This document shows, piece by piece, positions 48,050-59,600 of a DNA stretch of 64,000 nucleotides. Made by a program: the position numbers and the translations under genes. How positions within the stretch are numbered: the stretch's first letter is position 1; the number at the start of each line of letters is the position of its first letter. The notes below the pieces were generated by a model that had not been told where the DNA came from, made no database searches, and saw nothing but the letters and a program-made list of their open reading frames with translations. Origin of the DNA: a virus; IMG/VR virus record IMGVR_UViG_3300030390_001024, positions 11,861 through 75,860 of that record; one strand, written 5' to 3'.

Positions 48050-51000
48050 TTATTTTGATTCTTTGCTTTTTGCATCATAAGCTGCATCATTATTTATTTT
48101 CTGATTAGCTATTGTAGCTAGTACAAAATCATAATATTCATCATAGCCCATTGTGTTTTGATCTTCACCACCTAATATTGTTGAAAGTGATTCTTGTCTA
48201 TAACCATTAGGAAATTTAGTAACATCAGATTCATAAAAATTTAAATAACCATCTACATTTATTTTACCACCAACTTTTTGAAAACTAACAGATCCATGCC
48301 CAGCATTATCTTTAAAATATGGTGCAGGATAAGCTGTTGGTTCAATTGTAAGTATGTTATTATTTGTACTAGCAATTCTTTTTTCTAATGTAGTATTGCT
48401 TTGAGTAACTTCATAACCTAAAGGGTTTTCCTGTATAGTAGAATTTCTAGGAAATATATATGTAATCCCTGATCTTATAACTGATTGAATATCAGATAAT
48501 GTAACATTGTCAGGGTAAACACTATTGTCTGTATCTATTAGTGCTTTTACTAAATCATTATTAAAGTTGCTTAATTGATATGCTGCATAAGGTTCGTTTT
48601 GTAGTTTACCTGTATTATCTCTAATCTCTGGTCCAAAGCTATCAAAGAAAGTTAAGTTCATTGCTAACTTATCTGCACCTATGGTTTGTTGATTTGCTAT
48701 TCTATCATAAACATATCTAGCAGCTTTATTTTGCCTACTTGTTATATCTATAGCATCTGCAGATAAAATGTCCACCAAATCATCATTCTCTTCTGCGCTT
48801 ATTGTTGTGCCTATAAAACCAAAATTACCTGCTCCACTCTTATTATTAGCATTAATTTGTGCATAAAAATCACCTAAAAATTTATCTTGTGATGTACCTG
48901 CGGTTGGTTGTAATGACAAGTTTGATGAGTTAGCTACATTAAATCTTATATTACTAGCTTCTACAGAACCAATTCCAGAACGGTTATTCATAAATGTTCT
49001 TGAAGGGGTGTTTTTCATTAAGGTATTTATTCCACTTAAAAATCTATCATATATTAAATTTACATTCTTTTCAAGTTGGTCTTCATCTAAAGCAGGTACT
49101 GACTTATATGGACTAATATTTTTGCCACCAGAATACTTATACAGCATTTCCAATTCATCTTTTGGCCTCAATTCTTCTTTAGTAGTCATTAGATTACTAT
49201 TATTCAAAGGACCAAAAAAGTCAATTTGTTTATTTTTATCTATCTCCCCTGAATTGATTTTTGACATATGAAGCTTTAAAAAATCATCCCTACTTATAAT
49301 AGATTTAGTTTCATCATCTATTGGAAAAACATATCCATTATCTAATAATAACTGGATATTTTTTTCTGTTTGACTCATGTCTTCTTTCTTAGTATTTGAT
49401 AAAGAAAGCTCCTCTAATTTTCCTTTCTTATACTGATCTTTCATAGCTAAGTCTACAGCAGTATTATAAAGTTCAATCTGCGTTGCTAATCCAGGAGTTG
49501 ATATACTTGTTCCACTATTAAATAGTTTATTGCTTATATTCATAAAAGGACTCCTAGGAGATGTATCAATACCATTCTTATGTGCTTGAGATGCATCAGA
49601 ATAATATTTTTGTAATTCTGCAAATAGACTTTCTATACCAGCTGCATATTCATAGTTATCAGTTGGTAATTGTTCTTCATCTAATTTTTTATTACTAATC
49701 TTTTTAACAACATCTTGTAAATTACCTGTGTAATAATCTTTTGGTTCATTTGGATCAGGGTTTTCAACTAAGGGAATCTTATAATATCCTGCTCCTTTTG
49801 CAGCATCTTTATATAGCCCTGAAGTTGCTATCATCTCTTCTAACATATCAAGTCTGGAAGTCAATAAAACATTTTTATCTTCATTCATTGCAATCATATC
49901 CATTTCATACGGAGTGTCTGATCCAACTATTTGATTCTTCTTGTTTACAAAAAAAGTTGCACTTTTGCCTTTTATTGGATTTACTTGTTGATTAACATAA
50001 TTTGTATAATTTCCTCCTCCTGCCTCTATCAGTTTTAACTCTTTATCCCTAGCAGCCTTTTTGCCTGCTGCAATATCTTCTAATCTATACTTTTCTACTT
50101 GTAAATTCCAATCATGTTTATACTTTAAATTTTCTAATTCAAAGTTATTTTGTTCTTGAGTAACTTCCATTTCTCTCATACTAAATTGTCTAGCAGCTGT
50201 ACGTACATCTGTATCAATATTGTAATTAGACAAAAGAGCCATTGCTTTATTAAACAATGCTGCATCATCTGGATCTGAAGTAGCAGCAAACTGATTAATT
50301 TTAAATAATCTATCTAAATCAGCTTTCATTATTTCTGCGTCACTCAAGTTTTCATTTCTAATATTTTCATCTAAACTATTAGGAACTACACCATGATTAG
50401 CTGCATAGTTATCCCAATTTACATTTACTTGATTTTTCTTTCTTAATTCATATTCTTTTTTTGATTGAAACTCTAGATTCTTATTTTCTATTCTAGAAAT
50501 TTGTTCACTAGCCCAAGCATTTAATCCTTCTTGTTCTGTTGCAAATACACCTTTGCCTACCATAGTTTCAGCAAAATCATAAGCTTGTACATAAGACTTA
50601 GCATTATAAAACTTCTGTACTCTAGGGTCATCTATTAAAGCAGACATAATTTGTTCATATGCAGCTCCTTCTATTATGCTTCCATTCTTTTGTGTTATTA
50701 AAAAATTCCTATCTTCCATAAAAATTGGAGCTCCTGTTGTTGGATCTACTTTACCTGAATTTTTTATATTGGGCATAGGCATAGATATAGTTAAACCGGG
50801 ATCTAATTCTGATAAATACTTTTGTGCATTTTGTACTAGATCAGCATCTAAAATCAATTCAGGAAGTGGTTGACTTTGTAAATCACCTCTTTCAGATTCT
50901 ATAAACTTTCTTCTGTCTATTTCAAGTTTACGTAAACTTACTTCACTATTTGCTAACTCTCTTGTTTCTTGATTTCTACTTGAAGCTAGATTCTGGTATT

Positions 51001-51361
51001 CTTTTATAGCATCATTATATGCTCCAGTCCATACCATATCATATACTACTTCATCATCCTCAAAAAATGGTGCAAATGCTGACTTAGCAGCTTGTACATT
51101 TTGTTCTAAAGAAAGATCCATACCAGATATTTTTTCTAGTGATGGTCCTAATTTTTCAGCATATTGTCTTTGATACTCTAAGCTGTTTGGGTTAGTAAGT
51201 GGTGAATACACAACTTTATTATATAAATCATTCTGTGCTTTCCATCCTGCATTATATTTAGCCTGACGTGCATCTAATGTAGCAGACAAAAACTTATAGT
51301 CTGGTGTAAATGCTTTAATGTCTGGATAAAAATTCTTTTGTCCTTTAATGTATGTTGCCAT
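48050..51361 (-). CDS. virion cargo / internal protein
   Basis: 1103 aa, helical N-terminus (FTPDYKFL...Q..Y), positioned immediately upstream of the vRNAP as in crAss-like cargo clusters. Confidence 0.6.
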   Translation of the reverse strand: MATYIKGQKNFYPDIKAFTPDYKFLSATLDARQAKYNAGWKAQNDLYNKVVYSPLTNPNSLEYQRQYAEKLGPSLEKISGMDLSLEQNVQAAKSAFAPFFEDDEVVYDMVWTGAYNDAIKEYQNLASSRNQETRELANSEVSLRKLEIDRRKFIESERGDLQSQPLPELILDADLVQNAQKYLSELDPGLTISMPMPNIKNSGKVDPTTGAPIFMEDRNFLITQKNGSIIEGAAYEQIMSALIDDPRVQKFYNAKSYVQAYDFAETMVGKGVFATEQEGLNAWASEQISRIENKNLEFQSKKEYELRKKNQVNVNWDNYAANHGVVPNSLDENIRNENLSDAEIMKADLDRLFKINQFAATSDPDDAALFNKAMALLSNYNIDTDVRTAARQFSMREMEVTQEQNNFELENLKYKHDWNLQVEKYRLEDIAAGKKAARDKELKLIEAGGGNYTNYVNQQVNPIKGKSATFFVNKKNQIVGSDTPYEMDMIAMNEDKNVLLTSRLDMLEEMIATSGLYKDAAKGAGYYKIPLVENPDPNEPKDYYTGNLQDVVKKISNKKLDEEQLPTDNYEYAAGIESLFAELQKYYSDASQAHKNGIDTSPRSPFMNISNKLFNSGTSISTPGLATQIELYNTAVDLAMKDQYKKGKLEELSLSNTKKEDMSQTEKNIQLLLDNGYVFPIDDETKSIISRDDFLKLHMSKINSGEIDKNKQIDFFGPLNNSNLMTTKEELRPKDELEMLYKYSGGKNISPYKSVPALDEDQLEKNVNLIYDRFLSGINTLMKNTPSRTFMNNRSGIGSVEASNIRFNVANSSNLSLQPTAGTSQDKFLGDFYAQINANNKSGAGNFGFIGTTISAEENDDLVDILSADAIDITSRQNKAARYVYDRIANQQTIGADKLAMNLTFFDSFGPEIRDNTGKLQNEPYAAYQLSNFNNDLVKALIDTDNSVYPDNVTLSDIQSVIRSGITYIFPRNSTIQENPLGYEVTQSNTTLEKRIASTNNNILTIEPTAYPAPYFKDNAGHGSVSFQKVGGKINVDGYLNFYESDVTKFPNGYRQESLSTILGGEDQNTMGYDEYYDFVLATIANQKINNDAAYDAKSKESK

Positions 51362-51420
51362 AATTCAAAATTAATATAATTTATTAAGTTTACTAATATT
51401 AAATAATAAACCTTTATTGT

Positions 51421-54222
51421 TTATCTTCCCATCTTTCCTACTGTCATCCAATATGGGTATGCTGTACGTTTAAGCTTACTCATTTCTCTACCTTTTTTAC
51501 TGTTTGTTGGTGGATTTACTACACTAGGCACAGTATTATTATATTGCTCATAAGGACTATCATCATTATTTGCAGTCTTATTACTGTTCTCTCCCATAAT
51601 AAGTTCTATATACTTCATTCTATCCTTTTCATCTTTTGGTCCTTTTGGATCTTGAAATAATCTAAGCACCTCCGCTTCTCTTTTCTCCATATCACTTCTT
51701 TGATCTGTTTCCATATTTGGATTATTAGTAGAATCAGTAAATGTATTTAAACCATATAGTTCAGGTCTAACTTGGAACTCAGGAGATTTAGTTTTATTAA
51801 GATTAGAAGTGTTAGCCATATTAGTTTGCATAGTATTCCATAACTCATTACTCTTAACAGTATCCCAATTTTGGAAATCAGTAAATCTTTGTAATGCTAA
51901 ATTAGTTCCTTCATCTTGCAATTCTCTTTGCTTCATGTTAAACTGATTGTTTCTCATGTTTAAATCAGCATTTACTCTTCCTGCTTGATTAATAATATTA
52001 ATATTATTTGTATTAGTTCTATTAATAGCATCTTCACTTAATTGTACTGCTTTACCAAAGTCTGATCCAGCTACTGCACCTTTACCAAAAGATTTCATAG
52101 CATCTAGCTTAGAGGTTAAAGCAGCATTAATGTTATTTACTTTTCCTGTCCAGTCATCTAAAGCTATATCTAATTGTACTGGTGGAGCTTGTCCTATTAC
52201 TGGTAGTATTAAAGGATTATTTAATCTGTTTTGTGCTGAAATGTTATTAACATCTTGCATCCAAGGCATAGGTTTTTCAGGAACAAATTCATCAGGATCT
52301 TTAGGATCTGGTGTTTCTATTTCATCATCTAATGTACCAATTATAGTATTAGGTTGTGGATTAGCAAGATACCTTCTGTCTACATTAAATGTATGTAAAC
52401 CTAATACACCATCTATATTAGTTCCACCTCTATCTCCAGGAAATAAGTTTCTTGGTTGCAAACCGTTTTTTTCTGAAAAGTCATTATCTAATTTCTGCAT
52501 GTTTTCTTGAACAGCAGTCCATTGTTTTGTATATGCTGGATTCTTTCTACCTGCTGTTCTGTCTGCCTCATTTAAATATATAGGTGTGTTATAATCAAAA
52601 CCGTCTACATCTTTTACAGCATCTCCCCATCTTAATTCAAAATCTTCTTTAAACTTTGGATCAGATAAATCTGCACCTGCACTCATTTGTCCTGCAGAAG
52701 ACTGTTGCTCAGGTCTATTACCTCCAGAAGCTATACCTCTTCTTACTTTAACTTGTGGATAATCTTCTAATACTGCTATAACTTCATTGTCATTTTCTGT
52801 ATATATAGGAGTTTCACCTGTACCAGAAGTAATTACTTCTACTTGTTCTGATTGTCCAATTTCATCTAATGGATTTTTTACCTTTTCAACTAATTTAAAT
52901 TCTCTTTTTTTCTTAACCTCATCATAGTATGAGTTTATACTTACTACATTACCTCTTTCTATAGCATCATAAAATTGTTGATAATTGGGGTGTCCTTCTG
53001 GAAAAGGATTATCATCCTGAGTAAATGTCATAACGTCTGCTGTTTCATTAACAACCACATCATTACCATTCTCAGTGGTCTCTTCCTCTATACTTTCTCT
53101 TATAGATAAATCTCCTACAAATCTTTGATCATTAGTTTCAAAATCCAATGGATCATAATTTTCTATATCTTTTAAAGCTTTACCATATAAAAGTCTTTCT
53201 TCATCAGTTAACTTGTCAACAAAACCTTGATCAAGTTCACCTCTCATATTTATATGCATACCCCTTCTAATTGTACCTTCTACCCATTGTTCTCTGTTTA
53301 CTGGTTGTCCGTCAAGAGTATAAGTTTTAGTTACCTCGTTATTACCTTCTTGAGCTTTATTTAACTCAGTACCATACATTGCCATTTGTTCTACTGGCCC
53401 TACATTACCTTGTGGATTACCTTCTTGTGGTTGTTCTTGACCTTCCATCTGTGCCATCATCTCCTGAAGCATAATTACTTGTGCTTGTTGTTCTGGTGGT
53501 AAACTAGCTATTGCATTAAGTTCTGCTTGTTTCTTAGTAATCTCTTCTACTTGAGCAGTAAATTGAATAGGGTCTATACCCTTTTCAACTAAATAAGGAT
53601 ATGCAGCTAACGGCACTCCTTCTTCAAAATTCTTTTTAAGTTCTTGACCAAATGCTAATTTAGACAAGTTGCCCATATTCTTTTTCAGCATAAGCTCTGC
53701 ACTCATAGTAGATATGTCATCTGCATACTGATCATTGATTGCTGCTAAAAATGGGTTAAGTTGATACCTTTTAGATATGTTAGCAGGTGTTTTTCTTTTT
53801 CCTGACTCTATACCAAATTCAGCCATCTCATCTTTATTAAACTTCATCTTACTTGTATCTGAATAAATAAATGATTGTTCTGGTAAAAACATAGGTACAC
53901 CACCACCTGTATGTCTTGGTCCACTAATATTATATAAACCAAACTGACCATTACTATTTAAATCAGTTAGTACTGTTTCTCCACCTTCTGCTTCAACATT
54001 AGCATCCTCTCTAGGTACTGACGTTAAACTATATCTTACATCACTATCTAAGTTGTTATTAAAATTAGTAGATCCATAATACTCTTGTGGAGTAGTAACC
54101 AATCCATAATCATCTTGATCACCTGTTACATACCCTCCTGATTTTTTGACCTGAACTTTTTTAACTGTTCCATCAACTAATTCAAAACCATCAGGTAGTT
54201 TGTTTATTTTTACTTTTGCCAT
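51421..54222 (-). CDS. crAss-like structural/cargo protein
   Basis: NVEAEGGETV...GPRHTGGGVP...FIYSD N-terminal domain, Q-rich linker, KSGG/MYG/KAQEG motifs. Confidence 0.65.
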   Translation of the reverse strand: MAKVKINKLPDGFELVDGTVKKVQVKKSGGYVTGDQDDYGLVTTPQEYYGSTNFNNNLDSDVRYSLTSVPREDANVEAEGGETVLTDLNSNGQFGLYNISGPRHTGGGVPMFLPEQSFIYSDTSKMKFNKDEMAEFGIESGKRKTPANISKRYQLNPFLAAINDQYADDISTMSAELMLKKNMGNLSKLAFGQELKKNFEEGVPLAAYPYLVEKGIDPIQFTAQVEEITKKQAELNAIASLPPEQQAQVIMLQEMMAQMEGQEQPQEGNPQGNVGPVEQMAMYGTELNKAQEGNNEVTKTYTLDGQPVNREQWVEGTIRRGMHINMRGELDQGFVDKLTDEERLLYGKALKDIENYDPLDFETNDQRFVGDLSIRESIEEETTENGNDVVVNETADVMTFTQDDNPFPEGHPNYQQFYDAIERGNVVSINSYYDEVKKKREFKLVEKVKNPLDEIGQSEQVEVITSGTGETPIYTENDNEVIAVLEDYPQVKVRRGIASGGNRPEQQSSAGQMSAGADLSDPKFKEDFELRWGDAVKDVDGFDYNTPIYLNEADRTAGRKNPAYTKQWTAVQENMQKLDNDFSEKNGLQPRNLFPGDRGGTNIDGVLGLHTFNVDRRYLANPQPNTIIGTLDDEIETPDPKDPDEFVPEKPMPWMQDVNNISAQNRLNNPLILPVIGQAPPVQLDIALDDWTGKVNNINAALTSKLDAMKSFGKGAVAGSDFGKAVQLSEDAINRTNTNNINIINQAGRVNADLNMRNNQFNMKQRELQDEGTNLALQRFTDFQNWDTVKSNELWNTMQTNMANTSNLNKTKSPEFQVRPELYGLNTFTDSTNNPNMETDQRSDMEKREAEVLRLFQDPKGPKDEKDRMKYIELIMGENSNKTANNDDSPYEQYNNTVPSVVNPPTNSKKGREMSKLKRTAYPYWMTVGKMGR

Positions 54223-54224
54223 AA

Positions 54225-56570
54225 TTATAATATTTCTATATCAGCTCCTGCTGCAATTAATTCTGCAATCATATCTTGTGATAAATTTATTGTTTCTCCT
54301 CCTTCTTTGTTTTTTGGTATAGGCATAAATGATATACCACTCATGTTATAAGGATCATTACCTATAATATCAAAAATATTATTGTAATCTACAGTACCAT
54401 CAAATCCAGCTTCATACATTTTATTATTAAGTGCACGGATTCTACCTGAACTTGGTTTAGAAGACCCACTACTAATAATAGTATCATTATCACTATTAAA
54501 ATTATACATATCAATCATATTTTGTATAATATTTTTTGTTTCTTTTTTATTAAAATCACCACCTGCATTATTAAATGCTTCTCTATATTCTTTATTGCCA
54601 TCTTTAGCTTTAGCCATTTCTCTTTTAATAACCCTATCTCTATTTGCTAAGTATGCTTCTTCTCCTTCACCACCAAATCTTGCTTGACCTTGTTCAGCTA
54701 TTGCTGCTTTAATTACTCTATCTTTATTAGCCAAGTATGCAGCTTCACCTCCTGTTCTCATACCAGCAAGTATTTGATTTTGTACAGGTATAGGTAGATT
54801 TCTAAACCCATCATTATCTGTTCCTGTTGATCCACCTGCTTTACCAAACTGTGTTGTCATAAAAGGATTAAATGTAGCTTCATCTAAACCTACTACTCTG
54901 TCCTTTGTGCTTCTTAACTGTCCTGTATTTTTTTTATAGTTACCTTTTGAACCAGGAGAATCAGTTACAACACTTGCCCAATTATCTGCCATAAACAATT
55001 CTTGTCTATCTTCATTAGCTTTTGCTTGATTTATTTGTTTATAAAAATTGTTATTTGCAAAATTTGCAACATCATATCCTACTTTACCTGTACTAGTAAG
55101 TCCTCTAAAAAGTGGACTATCACCTATCTCAGTTAACGTACCGGTTAAACTATTTATACGTTCTGACTCAGGTATGTTGATACTATTATATGCTTCTTGA
55201 AGTTCCTTGTTCATTACATTTTGTGCACCTAACCCTTCTGGGAACGGATCTATGTCATCTTCTTCTTCTTCTTCAAACATTTCGTAACCATCTACAGCTT
55301 TAGGATATGTTTGATTATAAGACTCTAAATATTGATCATATAATCTTTTGTTAAAATCACTACCCTGCATTTTATTATCTGGGTCAAGACCAATAGATTC
55401 AAAATATGTTTCTTCATCCATTAACTCAGCTGGTATACCTGTTGCGTCAGCAGTGCTATTATCATAATTTTCTCTTGCAACTTGTAGTCTTGTTTGTTCG
55501 TCTAATAATTTCAGAGACTTGTAATCATTTATATTCTGAAGATTCTCATCTGATAAATCATATGTTGTTTTATTACCGTAGTACAAAGGTTCAGCAGCAT
55601 CAGCATAAGCCCTCTTCTCCTTAAGGCCTTTAAATGCACCTTTCTTTAAACCGTTTTCTCCTATCTCATTACTAAATAATTCATTCTTTATATTAGTACC
55701 TAACTTTAACCCTTCCAATAGTATATTACCATCTGGGTTTATGTTCTGTAAAAAATCAGACATATTATAACTTGTGTTTGATATAGGTTTAGAAAATTGA
55801 GTAGGGTTATCTATAAACTGACTTATATTGCCCTCACTAATTTCATCTCCAGTAGCTTTATTACCATACCATTCCATAAAACTTCTTGGATCACCACCAT
55901 AATCTCTGAACCTTGGATCTAAAGTATACTTTCTATTAGGAGGGTTATATGAGCCTTCTCTTTGTCTCATACCTTCTACTCCTTCTCCGCCATCAATTTT
56001 TTTCCAACCAGCTGCATTCTTTGCAAAATTAGCCATCTTTACAACAGATGGAGGGTATTGGTCTTTATTAGCCATAACCATCTTAGCTGCTGCTGAAACA
56101 CTCATGCCACGCTTCTTAGCCCACGCAGTAAACTTACCTTTATTCTCAGGCTTAATCTCTATTCCTGATTTAGCAAAGCCAGGCATGGTATCTTGTTCTG
56201 GTGCCATATTTTCTAATTCTTCATTTCTAGCTAAAAGCTGTGGGCTTGAATTAACTTCTTCTGGACTAGATGGTCCAGGAGGTTGTGCCTTTACACTTAC
56301 TTGTTGAAATAAAACTGTTATATCTTCTTCTTGCATACCACCCATCATAAGTGCTTGTGCAATAACTTGTTGATCAACTTGTTGTAGTGAAAGTTCTAAT
56401 ACAACATCAACAATATCCTTACCTTGATTTACTGATGAAGATATCATTTCTGTAACTTGTTGAACCATTGGGTCCACCATAGACTGCTGATTACTCATAG
56501 CTGGTTGACTAGGAATCATCTGACCCCCTTGCTCTTTTACACTTATTTTGTTTAATTTCACTTTGCTCAT
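54225..56570 (-). CDS. modular internal virion protein with many xxGG motifs
   Basis: Q/M-rich N-terminus, small basic domain IKPENKGKFT...ANFAKNAAGWK, duplicated AYLANxDRVIK motif. Confidence 0.6.
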   Translation of the reverse strand: MSKVKLNKISVKEQGGQMIPSQPAMSNQQSMVDPMVQQVTEMISSSVNQGKDIVDVVLELSLQQVDQQVIAQALMMGGMQEEDITVLFQQVSVKAQPPGPSSPEEVNSSPQLLARNEELENMAPEQDTMPGFAKSGIEIKPENKGKFTAWAKKRGMSVSAAAKMVMANKDQYPPSVVKMANFAKNAAGWKKIDGGEGVEGMRQREGSYNPPNRKYTLDPRFRDYGGDPRSFMEWYGNKATGDEISEGNISQFIDNPTQFSKPISNTSYNMSDFLQNINPDGNILLEGLKLGTNIKNELFSNEIGENGLKKGAFKGLKEKRAYADAAEPLYYGNKTTYDLSDENLQNINDYKSLKLLDEQTRLQVARENYDNSTADATGIPAELMDEETYFESIGLDPDNKMQGSDFNKRLYDQYLESYNQTYPKAVDGYEMFEEEEEDDIDPFPEGLGAQNVMNKELQEAYNSINIPESERINSLTGTLTEIGDSPLFRGLTSTGKVGYDVANFANNNFYKQINQAKANEDRQELFMADNWASVVTDSPGSKGNYKKNTGQLRSTKDRVVGLDEATFNPFMTTQFGKAGGSTGTDNDGFRNLPIPVQNQILAGMRTGGEAAYLANKDRVIKAAIAEQGQARFGGEGEEAYLANRDRVIKREMAKAKDGNKEYREAFNNAGGDFNKKETKNIIQNMIDMYNFNSDNDTIISSGSSKPSSGRIRALNNKMYEAGFDGTVDYNNIFDIIGNDPYNMSGISFMPIPKNKEGGETINLSQDMIAELIAAGADIEIL

Positions 56571-56580
56571 ATTATATTAT

Positions 56581-56591
56581 TAATATACAAA
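56581..56591 (-). promoter_or_regulatory. putative phage promoter motif TTTGTATATTA
   Basis: Same 11-mer as at 23969 and 24044, 10 nt upstream of the 56570 start. Confidence 0.5.
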
Positions 56592-56633
56592 TAATTAAGG
56601 AGATTCACTAATATTTAAGGTTTAACAATCATC

Positions 56634-59600
56634 TTAAAGATGTGTCATTATATAGTTTGGTACAGTCATACCCATTCTCCTTGCATCATTTAAATGTATT
56701 CTGTTTAGTTTATCATATATATCAACAGCCTTCTGACTTTTTACTTTGCCGTTTATATAGTTCTTATAAGTACTTAGCATATCTGGCTCACCCCCTTCTT
56801 TTTCTTTTCCTATAAGCTCATTATAAAACTGTGTAAATCTATCTTTATGGTCTGCATCTGTCTTATTGTAGTATTTCATATAATAATTATACATGCCATC
56901 TAAGTCACTAGATTTTGGTAATGGATCAGTTACTCTACTATATTGTAATCTTGCAGTAGCAATATTAGCTAATGGATCATTACTACGTAATTTTTGATCT
57001 ATATTTTTATAATCTAATCCTAAACTTTCTAACCATTTATAATTTTGTAATTGTTTTGCTGAGTACTTTCCTTTCTCCCCTCTTGGTTTATAAAGATCAT
57101 CATATGCTATATCATCAATAGACATCATACCTCTTGTATAACTTCTAGGCTCACCTGTTTCTGCATTTTCGTATGCTGTAGAATCTGCTCCATGTGAATT
57201 CTCCATTGCAGATGTCATAAGTAATATTGAACTTAAATCATTACTTCCGCCTTGTGATGTCACTACTGTTTCTATTGCCTTATTAAGAGCATCTCTTCTT
57301 TGAGCTGATACCTTATCTAAATTATTCATTACAGCTTCCCCATTACCATCTTGTTCTTTAGTTAATTGATCTCCTAATCCTAGAGTTCCTATTACTGAAA
57401 ACATTTTTTTAAGATAAGGTCCAAGTTGTTCAGGCTTATAATATTGCCTAAGATCTAATATTTCACTAGGAATTTTTCTTTGCATTTTACCTGTTACTAT
57501 TTTATCATAGCTTATATTTAAAAAGTCATCTATTGTTATATTATTTTTCTTTATAAAATCTAAAGCAACTAAACCTCTTTGTCTAATCTCATCTGGTGTA
57601 GAATAATAGTCTATTAAATCTTTATTATTTTTACTCCAAGTTTTTATAGTACGTTCCTGTAAATCTAATTTAGGAAACTGTTGTGATAAAAGTTTATTAT
57701 TTCCAGCTTTTAAATAACTTCCTACGTGACCTAACTCATGTCTTATTAATCCATCTAGTTGTTCAGGTGAAGTATTATTTACAACATCAGTAAATGTTAT
57801 TTTTGCATTATCAAACTTTGTTAATGGCCCTGTTGCCAATGCACCATATTTATCAGAACCTACATTGTTAAACGTAAATTTAGTTTCATTTATCTGCTTT
57901 ATCATGTTACTAACTATATCATCAGCTTCTTTTGTAGATATATTCAATCCATTAACTAATCTTTGTTTATACTCAGGACTATTAAAAAATGTAGCCATTT
58001 CTTTTTGAGTTTTTTCAATAGCAGGCATTACATTATCATTAGGTTTAAACATACCCTTATATTGCTTAATAAGTCTATCTTTATACTCAGGAGTCCTTTT
58101 TTGTATAAGCTTCCAATGATCTTTACTAACATCACTAAACTTAGCAAACTCATCATCTGGCAAGTTTATTAAATCATCAAAATTATTTACATCAAAACTT
58201 TTAGATATATTTTTACTAGATCCAAATAAATCATTGTAATACTTAATGCCTTTTTGACCCACTTTACTTTTAACAATTGGTGTAAAAAGTTTGCGTAACT
58301 GACCAAGTCCAGATTGAGCTTCAGGTAAATCTCCACCGTATTTTTTAAGTGTTCTTAAATAATCCGTAAATTCTTTAATGCTTTTTTTACCAAATTCTTT
58401 ATCTGCAAATACTGAAGGTATTCCTTCAGATAGCCTAAATTCTTTAAAATTTGTTTTAGAATTTTGAAAATATTTTGGATCAAAACCTGGTAGCTTACCT
58501 GCCTGTGCATCTGCATTATTTACAATACCTCTATAAGATTCTTTTAAAATATTATTGGGTACATCTACTTTAAAAACTCCATCACCTCTTCCATATGCCT
58601 TATATCTTAATGGATCTCCTAAGTCAGAAGAATACCAAGAACCACCTGGCATATCTTTGTCAAAACCATATCTATATACACTAGTAACATCATCACTCTG
58701 TTTATTATAATGATTTACTAAATCTTCAAGTCTAGGTGGATTTTTAGCATTATACAATTCGTAACCGGGTATTCTAGGTGCATCATTAATCTGCTGCTTA
58801 TAAACATTATCCATAAAATTAACTTCTGAACTTGGGCCAACAGTTGGTTTAATATTGTTAAACTTATTTGTTACCTTCATAAAAGATTTTAGAGCCTTAG
58901 GTCCAAGTTTTTTTGCTAAACTTCTTAGAGCCCCCACTCCAACATAAGTAGCTGGATCTAGTGCAAGATCTGTAGCTAACGCACCCCAAGGATTATCTAT
59001 ACCTAATGTTTTAGAAACATATTCTTGTTTTTTATCTTCATCAAAAATATTAGTATTTCTTATATCAGGTATAATATTACCCCAATTAAATTCTCCATCT
59101 CCTTTGCCAGTTGAACCTTGTATACTTTCTCTAACTAAATTAGCTGGTGACTGCAAAAATTGAAGAATATCATCTATTTTATTTAAAGGATTTGCATTAT
59201 ATAAAAGAGCATCTTTCATATTTTTTATATATCTTTCTTCTTTAGAAAGTTCAATTCCTTCTTGTCCTTGTGGTCTTCTTTCATTGTTACCAAATTGAGC
59301 CATTACAGACTCATTAGGATCATCTTGATTAATATTATCCATAGCTACCTCATTCATAAACTTAATTAAATTAGGAGATATCTTTTGATTTAATTCTGTA
59401 TTTTTTAATAGATCATTATTAAGTTGCTTTTCTTGTTCTATTTTATATTCTTGATTGCTTTGGTCAATAAACTTATCATTATTATTTTTTGCATTCTGTA
59501 TAAAATTTTTAACTTCAGGCATGTTTTCTCTAAGTGTTCTAACTAAGTTTCTTTGATTTCTTATATCAGCTTTAGTTACAAATCTTTGATCTTTATCTTG

